Counted from the first letter of the whole stretch, positions 25,721-38,184 are shown. The stretch: 57,323 bases of DNA, filler included, from Sphacelaria rigidula (GCA_964200075.2; 6 parts of 6 records of this genome joined end to end with filler, not necessarily neighbours in it); one strand, 5' to 3'. The notes: generated from the letters alone by a model not told the origin. A program made the numbers and translations.

Positions 25721-25838
25721 ATTCGAAGAGGACCTGCACAAGCGGCATGAGGAGGATATACGGAGGATCCGAGATGAAGACGAGAAGATCATGTCCGCCG
25801 AGAAGGAGGCACAGGAGGCTCGCATCAAGGATAAGAAG
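25721..25838 (+). CDS. Coiled-coil protein exon d: FEEDLHKRHEEDIRRIRDEDEKIMSAEKEAQEARIKDKK
   Basis: CTAG acceptor and AAG|GTAACG donor; 118 nt, first base completes a Lys codon. Confidence 0.9.
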
Positions 25839-26217
25839 GTAACGCCGGTTGACAATGAAAGAACCGGGGTTGCGTTTTTCGCAGGTCCGAAGTATTGAAT
25901 GGCCGCACGTGGACAACTCGTGTTGTAAGACCGATGGCTTGTACCTCTGGAGCGAAACCTTATCCAGTGCGCAGGGAGCGCTGAACCTCGCTTACGAGGC
26001 CGGGAGAAGACGGGGGGAATAGACGACTTGCTGCTCTGAAAGAAGTAGAATGGATGCACCTAACTTCAAACCAAAATATCGAGCAGGGGAAACGGGGTGG
26101 CGGGGGTAGGGAAGGGGTGGAATGGTGGCTTCTGTTTCATGTGCCAACTGCGCCGCGACGACGTCTTCGTGGTGTATATGAGTGCTGTGTGCACATGATG
26201 ATGCTGGAATTGAACAG

Positions 26218-26328
26218 GAAGAGCTGGAGAGACAGCGGATAGAAGCACAGCGGAGACTAGAGGAAAGGAGCGGAGAGCTCGATGCCAAGGAAAAGGAGGA
26301 TCTGCTGGAGAAGTTCAAACGAGATGAG
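26218..26328 (+). CDS. Coiled-coil protein exon e: EELERQRIEAQRRLEERSGELDAKEKEDLLEKFKRDE
   Basis: AACAG acceptor and GAG|GTGCAG donor; 111 nt. Confidence 0.88.
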
Positions 26329-26988
26329 GTGCAGTACTGGTGCCGGCCAAAATCAACAAACAAAGTCATCGTGGTCGTTATCCTGGAGCGCTGATCGTAG
26401 GAAGACGAACGGCTCATCCCACTGCGTCATCCTCCGGTGCTCTGTGTCTTTTCCCATACATGGGCTCCTTGAATAAATTCGCATCTTGTCCAAGACTTAC
26501 ATGTAATTGGCCGTTGCTGGATATAGCGTGAGCTGTGAGTGTGTTCATGCGTGCAGTCTAGCAACTGCGTTTCAAGTTTTCGTTCATGCGAGATGGCGCG
26601 CCAGGCGTAAGCCAGGGCTGTAACTTACCCGGCGCTTTTTTATGTCCATTTCTGGTTAGGGCGAGGTCATGATGGTGGAATCCGGTGTGACTACGAGCAA
26701 ATTATCGTCTCACGCAGTATTTCAACACCACCACCACATTAAAAAAATACTCACAAGAGAAAAAGGCACAATTTCATTGTCTGCCTGAGAATACCCGTAC
26801 CAGGAAATACACATGAACGTGAACAAATAGCACTGCATGGTTCTACACCATTGAGGACGGGTTGCTAATAAAATTCCCCATGAACAATACAGCACGATAT
26901 AGAGCATGAGAATACAGCACGGCACAGTGCGGTGATGGCTACATGGTTTTCTAACTGTGGTTTGTTTTCATGATATTGGTACGCGCAG

Positions 26989-27021
26989 GCTGCTAGCCCG
27001 GGTGCTCTGAAGGAAGACGGT
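26989..27021 (+). pseudogene. Decayed partial duplicate of the 5' end of exon f
   Basis: CAG|GCTGCTAGCCCGGGTGCTCTGAAGGAAGACGGT versus TAG|GCGGTTAGCCTGGGCGCTCTGAAGGCAGAGGGT at 27214. Confidence 0.7.
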
Positions 27022-27213
27022 AAAAAACTTCAGAATGAACTACGATACCTGGATTCAACTGAGTGATGATTCCTGTTTCATTGATCAATGGTGTATGACG
27101 GCTGGACGGCCAAAACCGAAACACCCACACTCACACACATAATTCGTACCAGCATATGAGACCAGCAAGTGCCACGGTTCAAGCGCTCTCCAATAACAAC
27201 ATGTTGCATGTAG

Positions 27214-27372
27214 GCGGTTAGCCTGGGCGCTCTGAAGGCAGAGGGTGCGTCTCAAAAGACAAAGCTGGAGCAGAAATTGGCCGCCCGTCGTCAAAGGAAA
27301 GCGGAGGAGCTCGAGAAAAAGGAGGCGCTGGAGTTGAAGAAGAAGGAGCAGACAGACAAGCAGACAGTGAAG
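27214..27372 (+). CDS. Coiled-coil protein exon f: AVSLGALKAEGASQKTKLEQKLAARRQRKAEELEKKEALELKKKEQTDKQTVK
   Basis: TGTAG acceptor and AAG|GTGGTC donor; 159 nt. Confidence 0.85.
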
Positions 27373-27817
27373 GTGGTCGTTTGCAGACACCATTGACGAA
27401 GAACATAGTTTGAGCAAAGCCTGATCCGCAGAATGCATGTAGTAGGCTCTGATATCGTTCGGCTTGCATCTCGCACAACAAATATGTGATTACACAACGT
27501 ACTGGCAGGTTGGTGGATTAGTACAATAATAGTGAGTCAACCGTATGATGGTTGTTTTTTTCTTCACCGACACTTTAGACTGGAAATTTGGTCTTAATTT
27601 CCGGCGGTAGTCGTATATTACTCTGTACGGGCACCTCGGCAAGAATCTGCCGGAGTTCAGGGAACATGTGCCCTTTTTGCCTCGCCTATGTGGTACCTTG
27701 TGAGGGCCGTTTGCTATGTGCAGTAAGTAAGGTACGAGTACTTGGCACTTGATCGCCCTTCTCCTCTCACTACTGACATGCCTCTCGTATCTCGGCAACG
27801 ACAACATATTGCACCAG

Positions 27818-27955
27818 CAAGTCGAGGAGCAAGCCAACGTCTTGAAACAGATGGAGGCAGAGGCAGCCGCGGGGCTGGCAGCTGGAGCCGATGGTGGCAG
27901 TGCGGTCGGTCTAAAAGTTCACATCGACCAACATGCTGTGCAGCAAGCACGGAAG
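27818..27955 (+). CDS. Coiled-coil protein exon g: QVEEQANVLKQMEAEAAAGLAAGADGGSAVGLKVHIDQHAVQQARK
   Basis: CACCAG acceptor and AAG|GTGGGC donor; 138 nt. Confidence 0.75.
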
Positions 27956-28613
27956 GTGGGCACGAGGAGATGCCCCAGAAAATGAGTTCGTGACGTAACA
28001 CGAACACGTTCGGGCGAAAACTTTTATAACTGCCCGTTAATCCGTATGGATGCAGACCCACCGCTATCGGAGGTTTGTCGCATAGTCTCAGGCCGACAAG
28101 GGGGAAAGTAAGCGTTGATAAAGAAATCAAAAAGTGAATTCCTGAGCTGTCGCAGTAGAAGCCGCAGCGATGTTGCGAAGGAATAGATGTTGTGGCGGTG
28201 GCGAAGAGTGCGTGCCGCCTTGCCTTCGAGCGCATGTGACAACCCGCACACGGCGGGCGGCACGTCCTGAACAAGAGCACATTTTACCCAAGAGTTGTTC
28301 AAATGATTCCGGCCAGTTATCTCCCATGGTTGGAACACGACGCGTATCGTTTCTTCTTTCGGTGTTGAATTTTCAAGCTGGACATACGTTTCAGAGATTC
28401 AAAGACCAGCCCTCCAGGGCCGAAGTTGTTTAAAAGAGTTTCAAGGAGTAGAGGGGGAAGACTGTTGCTTAAAACAGACCTGACCGATGCAATCTGCGCT
28501 GTCTCGCCATGGATTTCAAAGTTCAACCGAATTCCCCCCCCCCCCCCCCCCGCGCCGCACCACCACAACCACAGAAACACACACAAACAAACAAAACCCA
28601 CACCGACCCTCTC

Positions 28614-28713
28614 NNNNNNNNNNNNNNNNNNNNNNNNNNNNNNNNNNNNNNNNNNNNTTAATTAATTAANNNNNNNNNNNNNNNNNNNNNNNNNNNNNNN
28701 NNNNNNNNNNNNN
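28614..28713. other. Artificial contig spacer
   Basis: N44-TTAATTAATTAA-N44. Confidence 0.98.
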
Positions 28714-29326
28714 CTGCATCAGATGTACACCCCCTAATGCGCACCCTGCACCTGAAAATAGACTAGATGTAACTTTAGGTCTTCGTCATAACCCTGCAGT
28801 TACATACGCGAATTTTCAGCAACACGCCACTGTTTCGTTTAGACACCAGACACGTCATTCCTGACCGGCCTCATTGGTCGTTCTGGAGGCCCGGTCCCAG
28901 AAGTGTTAAACGTGAACTTCAAATATTGCTCATGTTGACAGATCCTGACACCGATGCCGTAATATGATAGAGCAACTAAATAGCAGTGTGGCCAGACATA
29001 TCCGCTATTTGTGGCACCGATAACAACCGGGTGTTGTATTAACCGGTGTAGACAATCATGGCTGACAAAAAATTGACAAGTTCAGTGCATTCCTGTGAGC
29101 AAGGTACATGCACAGGCGATGGGACAATGGGTAAGTGACAGCCGTGTAACATGTATGTATTGCAGGGTATGTTTTTGAAAATACTGGTTGTCAAGACTCA
29201 ATCTAGTCCCAACATACCCGGTAATACTAAACGACTCGTGTGTTCTCAAGGAGGAAAAAAAATACAAAACTCTTCGGAACAAAGTTCACCAGGTGATAAT
29301 CATTTGACTATCAACCCCCCTTGCAC

Positions 29327-29431
29327 CTCTCGGTGAATCAGCATATCCTTCTCGTAGACCGTGTTAGTGTCTTGCGTATCCAAGTGATACGGGTTGCTGA
29401 GCGGAAGGGTTTGGTGGAACCGGACATTATA
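29327..29431 (-). CDS. Candidate exon of an unknown gene: YNVRFHQTLPLSNPYHLDTQDTNTVYEKDMLIHRE
   Basis: Open 105-nt frame between TAG and GAG|GTGCAA; no recognisable motif. Confidence 0.25.
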
Positions 29432-29846
29432 CTACCCCCCATGCATTCTGACGTGACTAACATCTATCTTGTGGGCAGTGCTAGTGCTCCGCGTACATAC
29501 AGTATACGAGATTTTTATGTCAGGCGGTATAGAAGGGCTAAAGTCTGACAATTTGAATGTTACACGTGCTGTCGATGTTCATTAACATCGTGACTTATAT
29601 GCGTCGTCCAGAAATCCATACACAAATTTCTGGCGACTCCTCAACGCGTGCGCGGTACTTCGCACTAGACAAGCCATGTGGGTTTAATGACCCAGACAGT
29701 AGATATATGAGTTTTATATATCAATTCGACAAATGATCGTACATTTTACCCTTGGGCTGGCATCAGTGGTTGCTGCACTGATGCAGGCAGACAGTGCATG
29801 CTATGTTTGACCGATATCGGTGTGCGCGGACAGACCCAAAATCAAG

Positions 29847-31085
29847 CTATTCGACACTGGCTGAATCTTTACGAGATTTTCGCCGCGGGGGGTCAAATGC
29901 TGTCGGATCCTTCGACAAAATTGCAGCGCGGTAGGATTTGATCATCTCGTGACATTGGGGAATGGTACGGTAGTGACGCCATATTCCCCGTTGATGAGGC
30001 CAATCCTTGACTTTGAGATGGTATTGGAAATTATCCGGTGAACCGGCTCCTACCCCCCGTTTATGACCATCAATATACTCCACGACATAGGGTCCCAACA
30101 TAACCTTGTGCACTGAATCATCAAGGTCTGGGACGGGAAGAGTCGTTCCTCTAAACATAACATCAAGCGCATCAAGGTCAGGGACGGGTGATGACGTTGG
30201 GACATTGTATTTTTTCATGCGACCAAGATGGACAGTGGTTTCTGCCAGATCACGCGGTTTGCTGACGCGGTAGGTGACCGGTGACAATTGCATTCGAACA
30301 GTATATGGGCCATGCCATGGGCTGTTCAGCTTAGGGTTGGGCCCATCAGTTTCGTGATATGGACGATGGATCAACACTTGATCTCCGGGTTTGAAACTGG
30401 GAAACAACAGTTGCTCATTCTCAACCGCTTGCTTATCCGCTCGTTCTTTAAGATTGCGACGGGCTAACTCGTAGGTTAGTTGCAAGTTGTGGACAGTTTG
30501 ACAGGAGTAATCAAGACGGGACTGTGGTGCGGTTGTCGCTGGGACTCCGAGAATGAGATCGACAGGTAGTACGGCAGCGCGCCCAAACATTAAATAGTGA
30601 GGGTTTTCCTCAAGTGTTGACAAATACGCTGTATTATGCGCTTATTGGACAAAATGTAGCAACTCGACCCAGTTATCACATGCGAGATTGCTGTACATGG
30701 CCAACATATTGTGGACAGTGCTGTGGACACGCTCTAAGACAGAGTTCCGTCGCGGACGGTACGCGGCGGTACGTGTTTTCTTGTACCCAAAGACTGACTG
30801 CAATTATTTCACCAGTTGGTTTTCGAACTCCATTCCTTGATCTGAATGCAGCGTCTCGGGTGGTCCGAATATTGAGAAGACACGTTCGACAAGTTTCCGG
30901 ACGACGGTTGTGGCTTCCTTGTTCTTGATGGCTATCAAGATGACAAATCTAGTCAGGTGATCGATCACAGAGAGGACGAAGCGATTTCCTTCGGACATAG
31001 TTTTATACTCAACTAGATCGACTGCTACACATTGGAACGAGCGTTCGATCGGACGGTGTCCGGTAGGTAAAGTAGGTGGACCCAC
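29847..31085 (-). mobile_element. Degenerate Ty3/gypsy integrase with GPY/F motif and chromodomain-like C-terminus
   Basis: FQCVAVDLV...VLSVIDHLTRF...PETLHSDQGMEFEN; PHYLMFGR; KLNSPWHGPY; YVVEYIDGHK...QYHLKVKDWP...W. Stops and frameshift between the two ORFs. Confidence 0.93.
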
Positions 31086-33019
31086 AATATCAGCTATTTT
31101 TTTGTTGTTCTCCATTATTCTCGAACGGATTTATCCCGAGATTTCTGTGTTAGTGAACACAAGTGCACTACTCAAGCCTGATGTACCGCAGGGAAGTCAA
31201 CAAAATTGAATTGTTTGTTTGTTTTTTGTCCAGGCCCGATCTGGTCTTCATTTCCCTCCTCCAGCTTGCTACAGCCCAGGACAGTAGTATATCGATGATA
31301 CTTTCACAAGCACCCATGTCATCATCAAGCAAGCTTAAGGTACACCTTCGAAATGGGGCGGTGCTGTAGCACACGGGGTCGCACATGCAAGAGAGATTCA
31401 CGTTCACGTTTGCTGTCCGATGTTCGGTGTGTATAGTGCTTGGTCGTCTTCGCCATTGCATCTCCAAATAACTTCTGTCGCAGCACCGACTGTATCTTTA
31501 CCGCAAGATGCGCCAACCTTTGCCAGGCGGTGGGCATCGCGCGATCGAGTACTGTCTGTACAGCACCGATCAGCACGAGCCATTCAGAACAAAATCACGA
31601 CGGCGACCAAAAGGGAGTCAGCAGCATTGATGCCGGTATAGACTTTTTCTCGGGGTTGTGCCGTCTAGGAGCATGAAACAACGCATAACGACGACGATGA
31701 CACCTCGTCTTATCTCATGCCCTGTATCCAAAGCCGTGGAGGGTACAGGGGGAGCCAGTGAAGCGCAAATGGAGACAGCAACGCCAACCCCGGCTACCGC
31801 AACCATACCGCAGGCACGACGACGCTCATAGCGAACGTTTGGCACACGAACCCGGATACAAAAAGACAAAGCACTCCTTGTGCGGCCGTTGTTGTCGTGG
31901 ATACTATATCTCTCCGCAGCACGGTCCTGTACTGCGGCTCCGGGCTGCAGACGGCCGGCAAACACAAGTGTGACAGAGTTCACACTAAAATCAAGTTTGC
32001 GTTTTGAAATGCTTTATGAAATGTAGAGGGACTGGTGTAAATGCCACCATAGATTGACAGGTAAAGTGACGTCAGATGGCCGTCCAGAACCGTTGTTCTG
32101 GCCGGGGTTACACAGATAGAGTCAGAACCGTTCCTGGAATTCCTCGGAGGAATACCTAGGAGGAATACCCCGGAAGGAACATTCCTCGGATGAACGCGGG
32201 GCATCTTTGCTATGAAAATTCAGCCCAGCTGGCTCGCCCACACACGACACAACCCGGTGTGTACTCCGCACCAAACTGCTGAAGAAGAGACCAACGTCTT
32301 GTAGAACTTATCAAGGGGCTTATCCCTTCCATACTGGTAATAAGTTGAATCAAGTTACTTGGAATTAGTGTATGCATTATGAAAAATAAACCGTACCCAT
32401 GGACCCACCGCCCGCCGTCTGATGTAAAATATTACATTTATATATATTTATAAGGTTCACATAGACGTAAAGTAGGTTACGTACAGCACGTTAACCAATA
32501 TCAGATCCGTAACAAAGTTCAAAGAAAAAACCCCGAACACAAACACCACGACTCGACGAGCCACGCCACATGGAGCACCCGTGGGCAGCTACTAGCTGCT
32601 GGGCAGGGGGTTCAAAATCCCGTTGGAGTACTATATGCGCCAAGTTATGCGTAAAACTTAGCTTTAATGCCTTTGTTATGCTGGAACCTCCAAAAACATA
32701 TGTTTCAAAAAAACGCACAAGGTTATGCGCAAAACCCCAGTGTATGCCGAATTATATGCGCGCTTAAAAAGCAAAAGTCTAATGAAATTCTGACAATGAT
32801 GATTGATTATGACGAACAGCCCACACGTGACAACCGTTTCACGTTCCCTTTCGCAATATAATTTCCATGTTCACAAAAAGGGATAGAACCTCACCAATTT
32901 TCATGAGAACTGAGGAACACTCTGATCAAAATACGGAAGGGGACATGAAATGGTTGCCGCGCGCCGGCTGTTCGTCACCATCACCCTCATTCTCGCCACT
33001 TCCTTCTCAATTTTCTTCC

Positions 33020-33540
33020 ATTCCGGCCGCTTCTGATGGCAAACAAAAAAAATCGTCCACAAAGTGCCTTTTCTGTCCTGTGTCTTTTTCCGCCTCAAAA
33101 CAGCGCCAGGCCGATGTCGATACCTTGGAATGACTTGATCTACTCGTTAAGACGATTTTAGGACACCTTTGCGTTTTCCGGTGGTTGTATTGTTTTCCAT
33201 GACCAAACTTGCATTTTTGTCCAAGAATGGTCAAGAACGGTCAAATCAAGGAAAACTGTTTTTTCTGGACTTGACCTTCCTCGACCAAAATTGAAGGGTC
33301 GCATTTTTGTTCAATAAGGGTCAAGAACGTGGTAAACTCTACAAAAACATTTTTTCTGTAGTTGACCTTGACCGTCCTCGGGCAAGAATACGATGTTGAC
33401 CAACCAAAAGATTGCGGCCACCGGAAAACGCAAAAGGTGTCAACACCTACGTAGCGCTCTTTTAGGGCATGAAACGACGCGGAAGGACCAAAAGGGCAGT
33501 TTTATAGTTTTTTTGTTCCAACGTAAGAAGCGGCCTTAGA
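33020..33540. repeat. Degenerate inverted-repeat element (old MITE)
   Basis: GACACCTTTGCGTTTTCCGGTGG (~33162) pairs with CCACCGGAAAACGCAAAAGGTGTC (~33418); GGCCGCTTC pairs with GAAGCGGCC at the outer ends. Confidence 0.5.
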
Positions 33541-33814
33541 CCCGGCCTTTCAGATCGACTTTTATGCGCGGCAATCGGAATCGTTTTTTGTTTTCGATGT
33601 GAGTTCAGGTGATTTGGTTGAAGTTAGTTTTTTCGAAATCACCGTGAAACGTTACACGTCGGACAACTTAGGTCACCCCTTAACTCGACTTGACCCTCTG
33701 ACCGCCAGGTAGGTCGTCTGGTGAATCGGCACCAATTTCATTTGAAAAATGAAAATGAGACTCAGATGACCCACACGCTGGCGGTCGAAGAGCCAAGTCA
33801 TATTGATGTGAATC

Positions 33815-34655
33815 GTGGCTGAATTATACGGTACAGTACTATTGCGGTACCTACTCCCACCGGATGAGTTGTTATCAGGTGTAACTATGTCTTTCCATCG
33901 ACTGAGTTGTATGGTGTAACTCAGCGGTATATTTTCCCACTGGCTGAATTAGGCGATATAATTCAGTGGAAGTTGTTTCCACCCGATGAGATATGCGGCA
34001 CACGTCAGCAGTAATTTCCTGTTTGGGTGGGTTGTGTGGTAAGTCAGTGACACCTTTTCCCACCGGCTGAGTTAAACTGTATAAGTCAGCTGTGCCCTTT
34101 TTACTGGGTGAGTTTTTGGCATAACTCAGTTCTCCGCGGTACGTTTTCTCGCTGGTTTGAGTCATGCGGTATGACAGCGGTACCTATTTTTTTCTGGATG
34201 AGCTGTACGGCATAACTCAGCGATATCAAAATTTCATGTTTCACCTGCATCTACTCCGAGGTACTTGAAGAGCAGGTTGAGTCACTCACGTTTGCGGGCA
34301 GACATCCCACGTGTTTCAACTTGCACGAGGTGTTGACCTTCGTGGTCTGCATGTTCCCGCTTCAGTGAGGTATAGAGGTATACTACCTGTAAGTTAACTC
34401 CCGGGTGAGATATACAGCACAGGTGAGTTATACATTAGTTTTTCCTTCTTCCACTGGCTGAGTTATACAGAATATGTCAGCGGTACCCTTTTCCATTGGA
34501 TGAGATCTATGGTATAAGTCAGCGGCATTATTTTCTACTGTCTGAGTTTCATGGCATAGCTCAGCGGTACTTTTTCCGACTGGATGAGTTTTAGGGTACT
34601 TGTACAACTCAGCGATACATTTTCCTACTGACTGAGGTACACGGTATAACTTAGC
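33815..34655. repeat. Degenerate ~42-bp satellite with a palindromic core, interrupted near 34230-34390
   Basis: Approximate consensus CTGAGTTATACGGTATAACTCAG-CGGTACCTTTTCCCACTGG, more than a dozen diverged units. Confidence 0.85.
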
Positions 34656-35668
34656 TACACCAAATGATTGGGTTAATTCATGCGTTGCCGACGTGTGCAG
34701 TGTATGGCCGTGTCACTGGTGTAAAATTCACTCGTCCGTGTTCAAATGTGTGTGACTAAGCGCCATTCGAAAGCACGACAGGCACGATGACGCTCCGGCC
34801 AAAGCCGGGATGACTGGAATGGCCTCCTTCCTCACTGCATCTCGGTGCCACAAGCTCTATGTTCGATTGCCGGTATTGCTTGAGCTGTGCGCAGAAACGA
34901 TGAAAAGTGAAAACGAACAGCGCCGCATGGTGCTCACATAACGGCCATAAACGTTACACGCCTCATACTTTTCCTCAACAGACGAACGTGATGTCTTGGG
35001 TGAGAACAGGTTTGTCTGAACGGCCCCTGCGTGGGCAAAGCGTTTCTTTAGTAAGCTGAGTTCCTTTCTCGCTGCACAACGGGCTGTGCAGCCAAATGAC
35101 ACTGCGATATTGGCGCAGGAGTCCAGGTTGTAAGCGTCAACGCAGCATCAAATGCCTCTGTAGCGACCATGCCGCAGATTCAGGGAGTCCGGAAGTGCCT
35201 GTGATTCAGAGCCCACATTGCCGGAAAAATTCAGAATAGTAATCTCGGGTGATCTCAATCCCGGTGAAGTGACCAGATCAGCCCCGCGACCCTCCGACAC
35301 ACAGTTTGATTCGTACGTTTACGTGGCTGGTCGAAAATACTTACGGTTGGCACATACTTGCAGTCTTCGTTGAACCCGCACAATATTGGGGGGAAACAAG
35401 AGGCAGCGTAAGCACGTGATAGAGTGGCGCGGTATTATTTGTGCACGTTCAAATATCAAACCGCCAGTTCAACATACGGAAACGAACACGGTACTGTACG
35501 GTGGTTTTGATGTAAACCTTCTGTGTCGCAAGTTTATTCCTAAAAACAAGCCTGAACAGAAAAGATGCCAACTGCATTTCTCTGCCTTACGAAACCTCCT
35601 CTCCGAACAATATTTCAAGCTTGACAAAACTGTCCCGTGGCTTGGTTGGCAATGTATCAAACACACGT

Positions 35669-35728
<60 letters not shown>

Positions 35729-35990
35729 ACCGCGAAGCCAACACAACCCGACAACGCAACCACACGAGTAAAAAAANNNNNNNNNTCCCAAAAATATTTC
35801 AAGCTTGACAAAACCGTCCCGTGGCTTGGTTGGCAATGTATCAAACACACGTACCCCCCCCCCCCCCCCCCCCCCTCTCCCCTCCAGTTTAAAAGAAAGT
35901 GGGGAGAAGAGGAACTGCCGATCGTAGACCAGTATTCATACTTTGGCATGAAATACAAAAAACTGTTCTTTTGATGCACACAGAAGTAAA

Positions 35991-37145
35991 GGGACAAAAT
36001 ACAAAAAAGGGTAACACGTTTTTCGGGGTGGAGCGCAACGCTGCACGCGGACTGAACACCTCGAAACCACGTTCCAGCGCCTCAGCCACACGCCCGAGAT
36101 GTCTGGGCAGCATGTCCGACCATTTTATTTTTTTCACTCGTGGTACTAGGCTTAACTACGGCGCGGAAAAATATAGCGTGTGAGAGTACCCTTTTTTGTG
36201 AACATTCCGGGAGGGCACATACACCCTGCTCTCCGCTAGACGATTATCTCTTACCTTTTCTTGTTCATGTGTGGACCCTTTAATGCTCAAGTGCATACCC
36301 TTCACCCTTTTTTGTGAAGTCGTGACCGTACCGCAGGCTCCGCAGAAGACACGCCGAACAGTCACAGCCATACCCATTTTTTCGTGAATTACATCCCGTC
36401 GAAAAGGTCGAAACCCAAAAACCAAGGAAGTGTAGCCCCCTGCTGGTTGGTCCGCAGGACCGGAAGACCCGACGATGTATACAGAACGTGAAAGTTTGTG
36501 TGCCGGAGCTCACAAAGGTCCAACCGACATGTGTAATGCCGTTCGGGCGTGTGCATGTCCGCAAGATTTTTCACGCGTGTCTGTTGGATCTTTGTGAGCT
36601 CCGGCATACAAGCGTTCGCGTTCTGTATGCATCGTCGGATCTTCCGGTTCTGCGGACCAACGAGCAGGGGGCTGCAATTTCTTGGTTGTTGGGTTTCGGC
36701 CTTCCGGCGGCATGTAATTCACAAAAAAATGGGTATGGTTGTGACTATTCGGCGGGTCTTCTGCGGAGCCGGCGGTACGGTCACCACTTCACAAAAAAGG
36801 TTGAAGAAGGGTATTCACTTGAGCATTGAAGGGTCCACACGTGAACAAGAAAAGGGAAGAGACGATTGGCTAGTGGAGAGCAGGGTGTATGTACCCTCCT
36901 GGAATGTTCACAAGAAAGGGTACTCTCACGCTACATTCTTCCGCGCCGTAGTTAAGCCTAGTACCACGAGTGACAACAAAAATGGCCGGGCATGCTGCCC
37001 AGACACTTTGAGCATGTGGCTGAGGCGCTGGAATGTGTTTTCGAGGTGTTCAGTCCGCGTGCAGCGCTGCGCCCCAAACCGAAAAATGCGTTACTCTTTT
37101 TTTGTTCAAAAGCACCACGGTATACCCTTTTTTGTATATTGCCCC
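35991..37145. mobile_element. ~1.15-kb foldback element with ~540-bp inverted arms
   Basis: GGGACAAAATACAAAAAAGGGTA...TACCCTTTTTTGTATATTGCCCC; arms alignable to a ~40-bp centre near 36535-36575; the ORF track shows mirrored peptides on both strands. Confidence 0.93.
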
Positions 37146-37169
37146 AAATAAAGCAATGGAAAAGGTAGA

Positions 37170-38130
37170 ACACAGATAGGCAAGATGGACGTGATCCTAA
37201 GAGACCCACACCTGAATATTAGGACCAAAATTTGTATCCTGATGAATGTGATCGTACGAAAGCTGGAATATACAGGAGGAGTATGGAAGGGGAACTAGAA
37301 GTTGGTGAAGAAGTTGGAAATAGTAAAGATGGCAGCAGCTAAGAAAACACTTGGATGCTCGAAAACGACTATTACAGTATTGAGCATAATTAGGAAGGTA
37401 CCCACTCGGAACAAATAGAGACCTGAGATAATTGAAATGACATAACAGCGTGAAGAACATGCAGAGAAACAGATTGGCTGCCATAGTTGATAAGGCTCTA
37501 TGTCAGAAAGTGACGAAAGGGCAGGCTGGAATATGGTGGGATAGCGTAGTCGAGAAAGTATGGGAAGAGATAAGAGGAAACCAAGACGAATTACTGTCCA
37601 TAGGTGAAGGCGCGGGGTAAAAAGCAAAAGTATGAGAGCCATAGAAATGAGCGGGAAAAAACGCTAAGGTTGAAAGTAGACGAGGAAGAACACCTGAAGA
37701 TCTACGGAGGGTTGAGAGAGCGGATAGAAATGAAAACATATTTGCATGGCCCAATTGACTCCGCGAGAAATTTGAAACTGCGATTTCGGAGTGAGGAACC
37801 TGAACCGGCCAAAAATGCAAGAAAGCGATATACCACTAGTCGAGTGGAGGAGGAAGTAGGTGCGCAGAATTGCCCCTGTGGCAAAGCAATAGGGAGTAGA
37901 AGTCATAAAGTGGCAGGATGTGAACTATGCAAAGAGGAACGGGGCGTGCTAGAGGGGAAAATGCGGGAAGTTAACGAGGGTCGCATGAAATTGTTTAACG
38001 CATTAGACAGTAGCGAGAAAGTTCTGGCTATACTAGGAGATAGACGGGTGCACAGATGGTGAAACAGGACGGGGATAAGAGATGTAAAAGGTTTCTGTGT
38101 ACGAGCTGGGCCAGCAGCACACCCCGCATT
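37170..38130 (+). mobile_element. Degenerate LINE (non-LTR retrotransposon) ORF2 C-terminus
   Basis: KLVKKLEIVKMAAAKKTLGCS; HLKIYGGLRERIEMKTYLHGP...LKLRFR; CPCG...SRSH...C zinc-finger pattern; many stops and frameshifts. Confidence 0.8.
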
Positions 38131-38184
38131 TGCATGTCCAACCATAACGCGTTAATTTTACCAAATCAGCTCGACTTGAGCATA

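Noticed and set aside
31233..31640. Possible + strand exons (31233-31339 and near 31484)
   Set aside because: Splice-like signals exist, but there is no recognisable protein or convincing phase chain.
33815..34655. CRISPR-like array of palindromic repeats
   Set aside because: Repeats are highly diverged, spacers are homologous to each other, there are no cas genes, and the context is eukaryotic.
34857..35150. Protein-like minus-strand frame (DAYNLDSCANIAV...)
   Set aside because: No family recognised and no clear splice boundaries.
35605..35880. Direct duplication flanking poly-C and a short N gap; poly-Pro/Gly ORFs
   Set aside because: Typical unmerged read overlap with low-quality sequence after a homopolymer; assembly artefact.
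36156..37151. Paired similar ORFs on opposite strands (up to 200 aa)
   Set aside because: By-product of the foldback arms; no protein motif.
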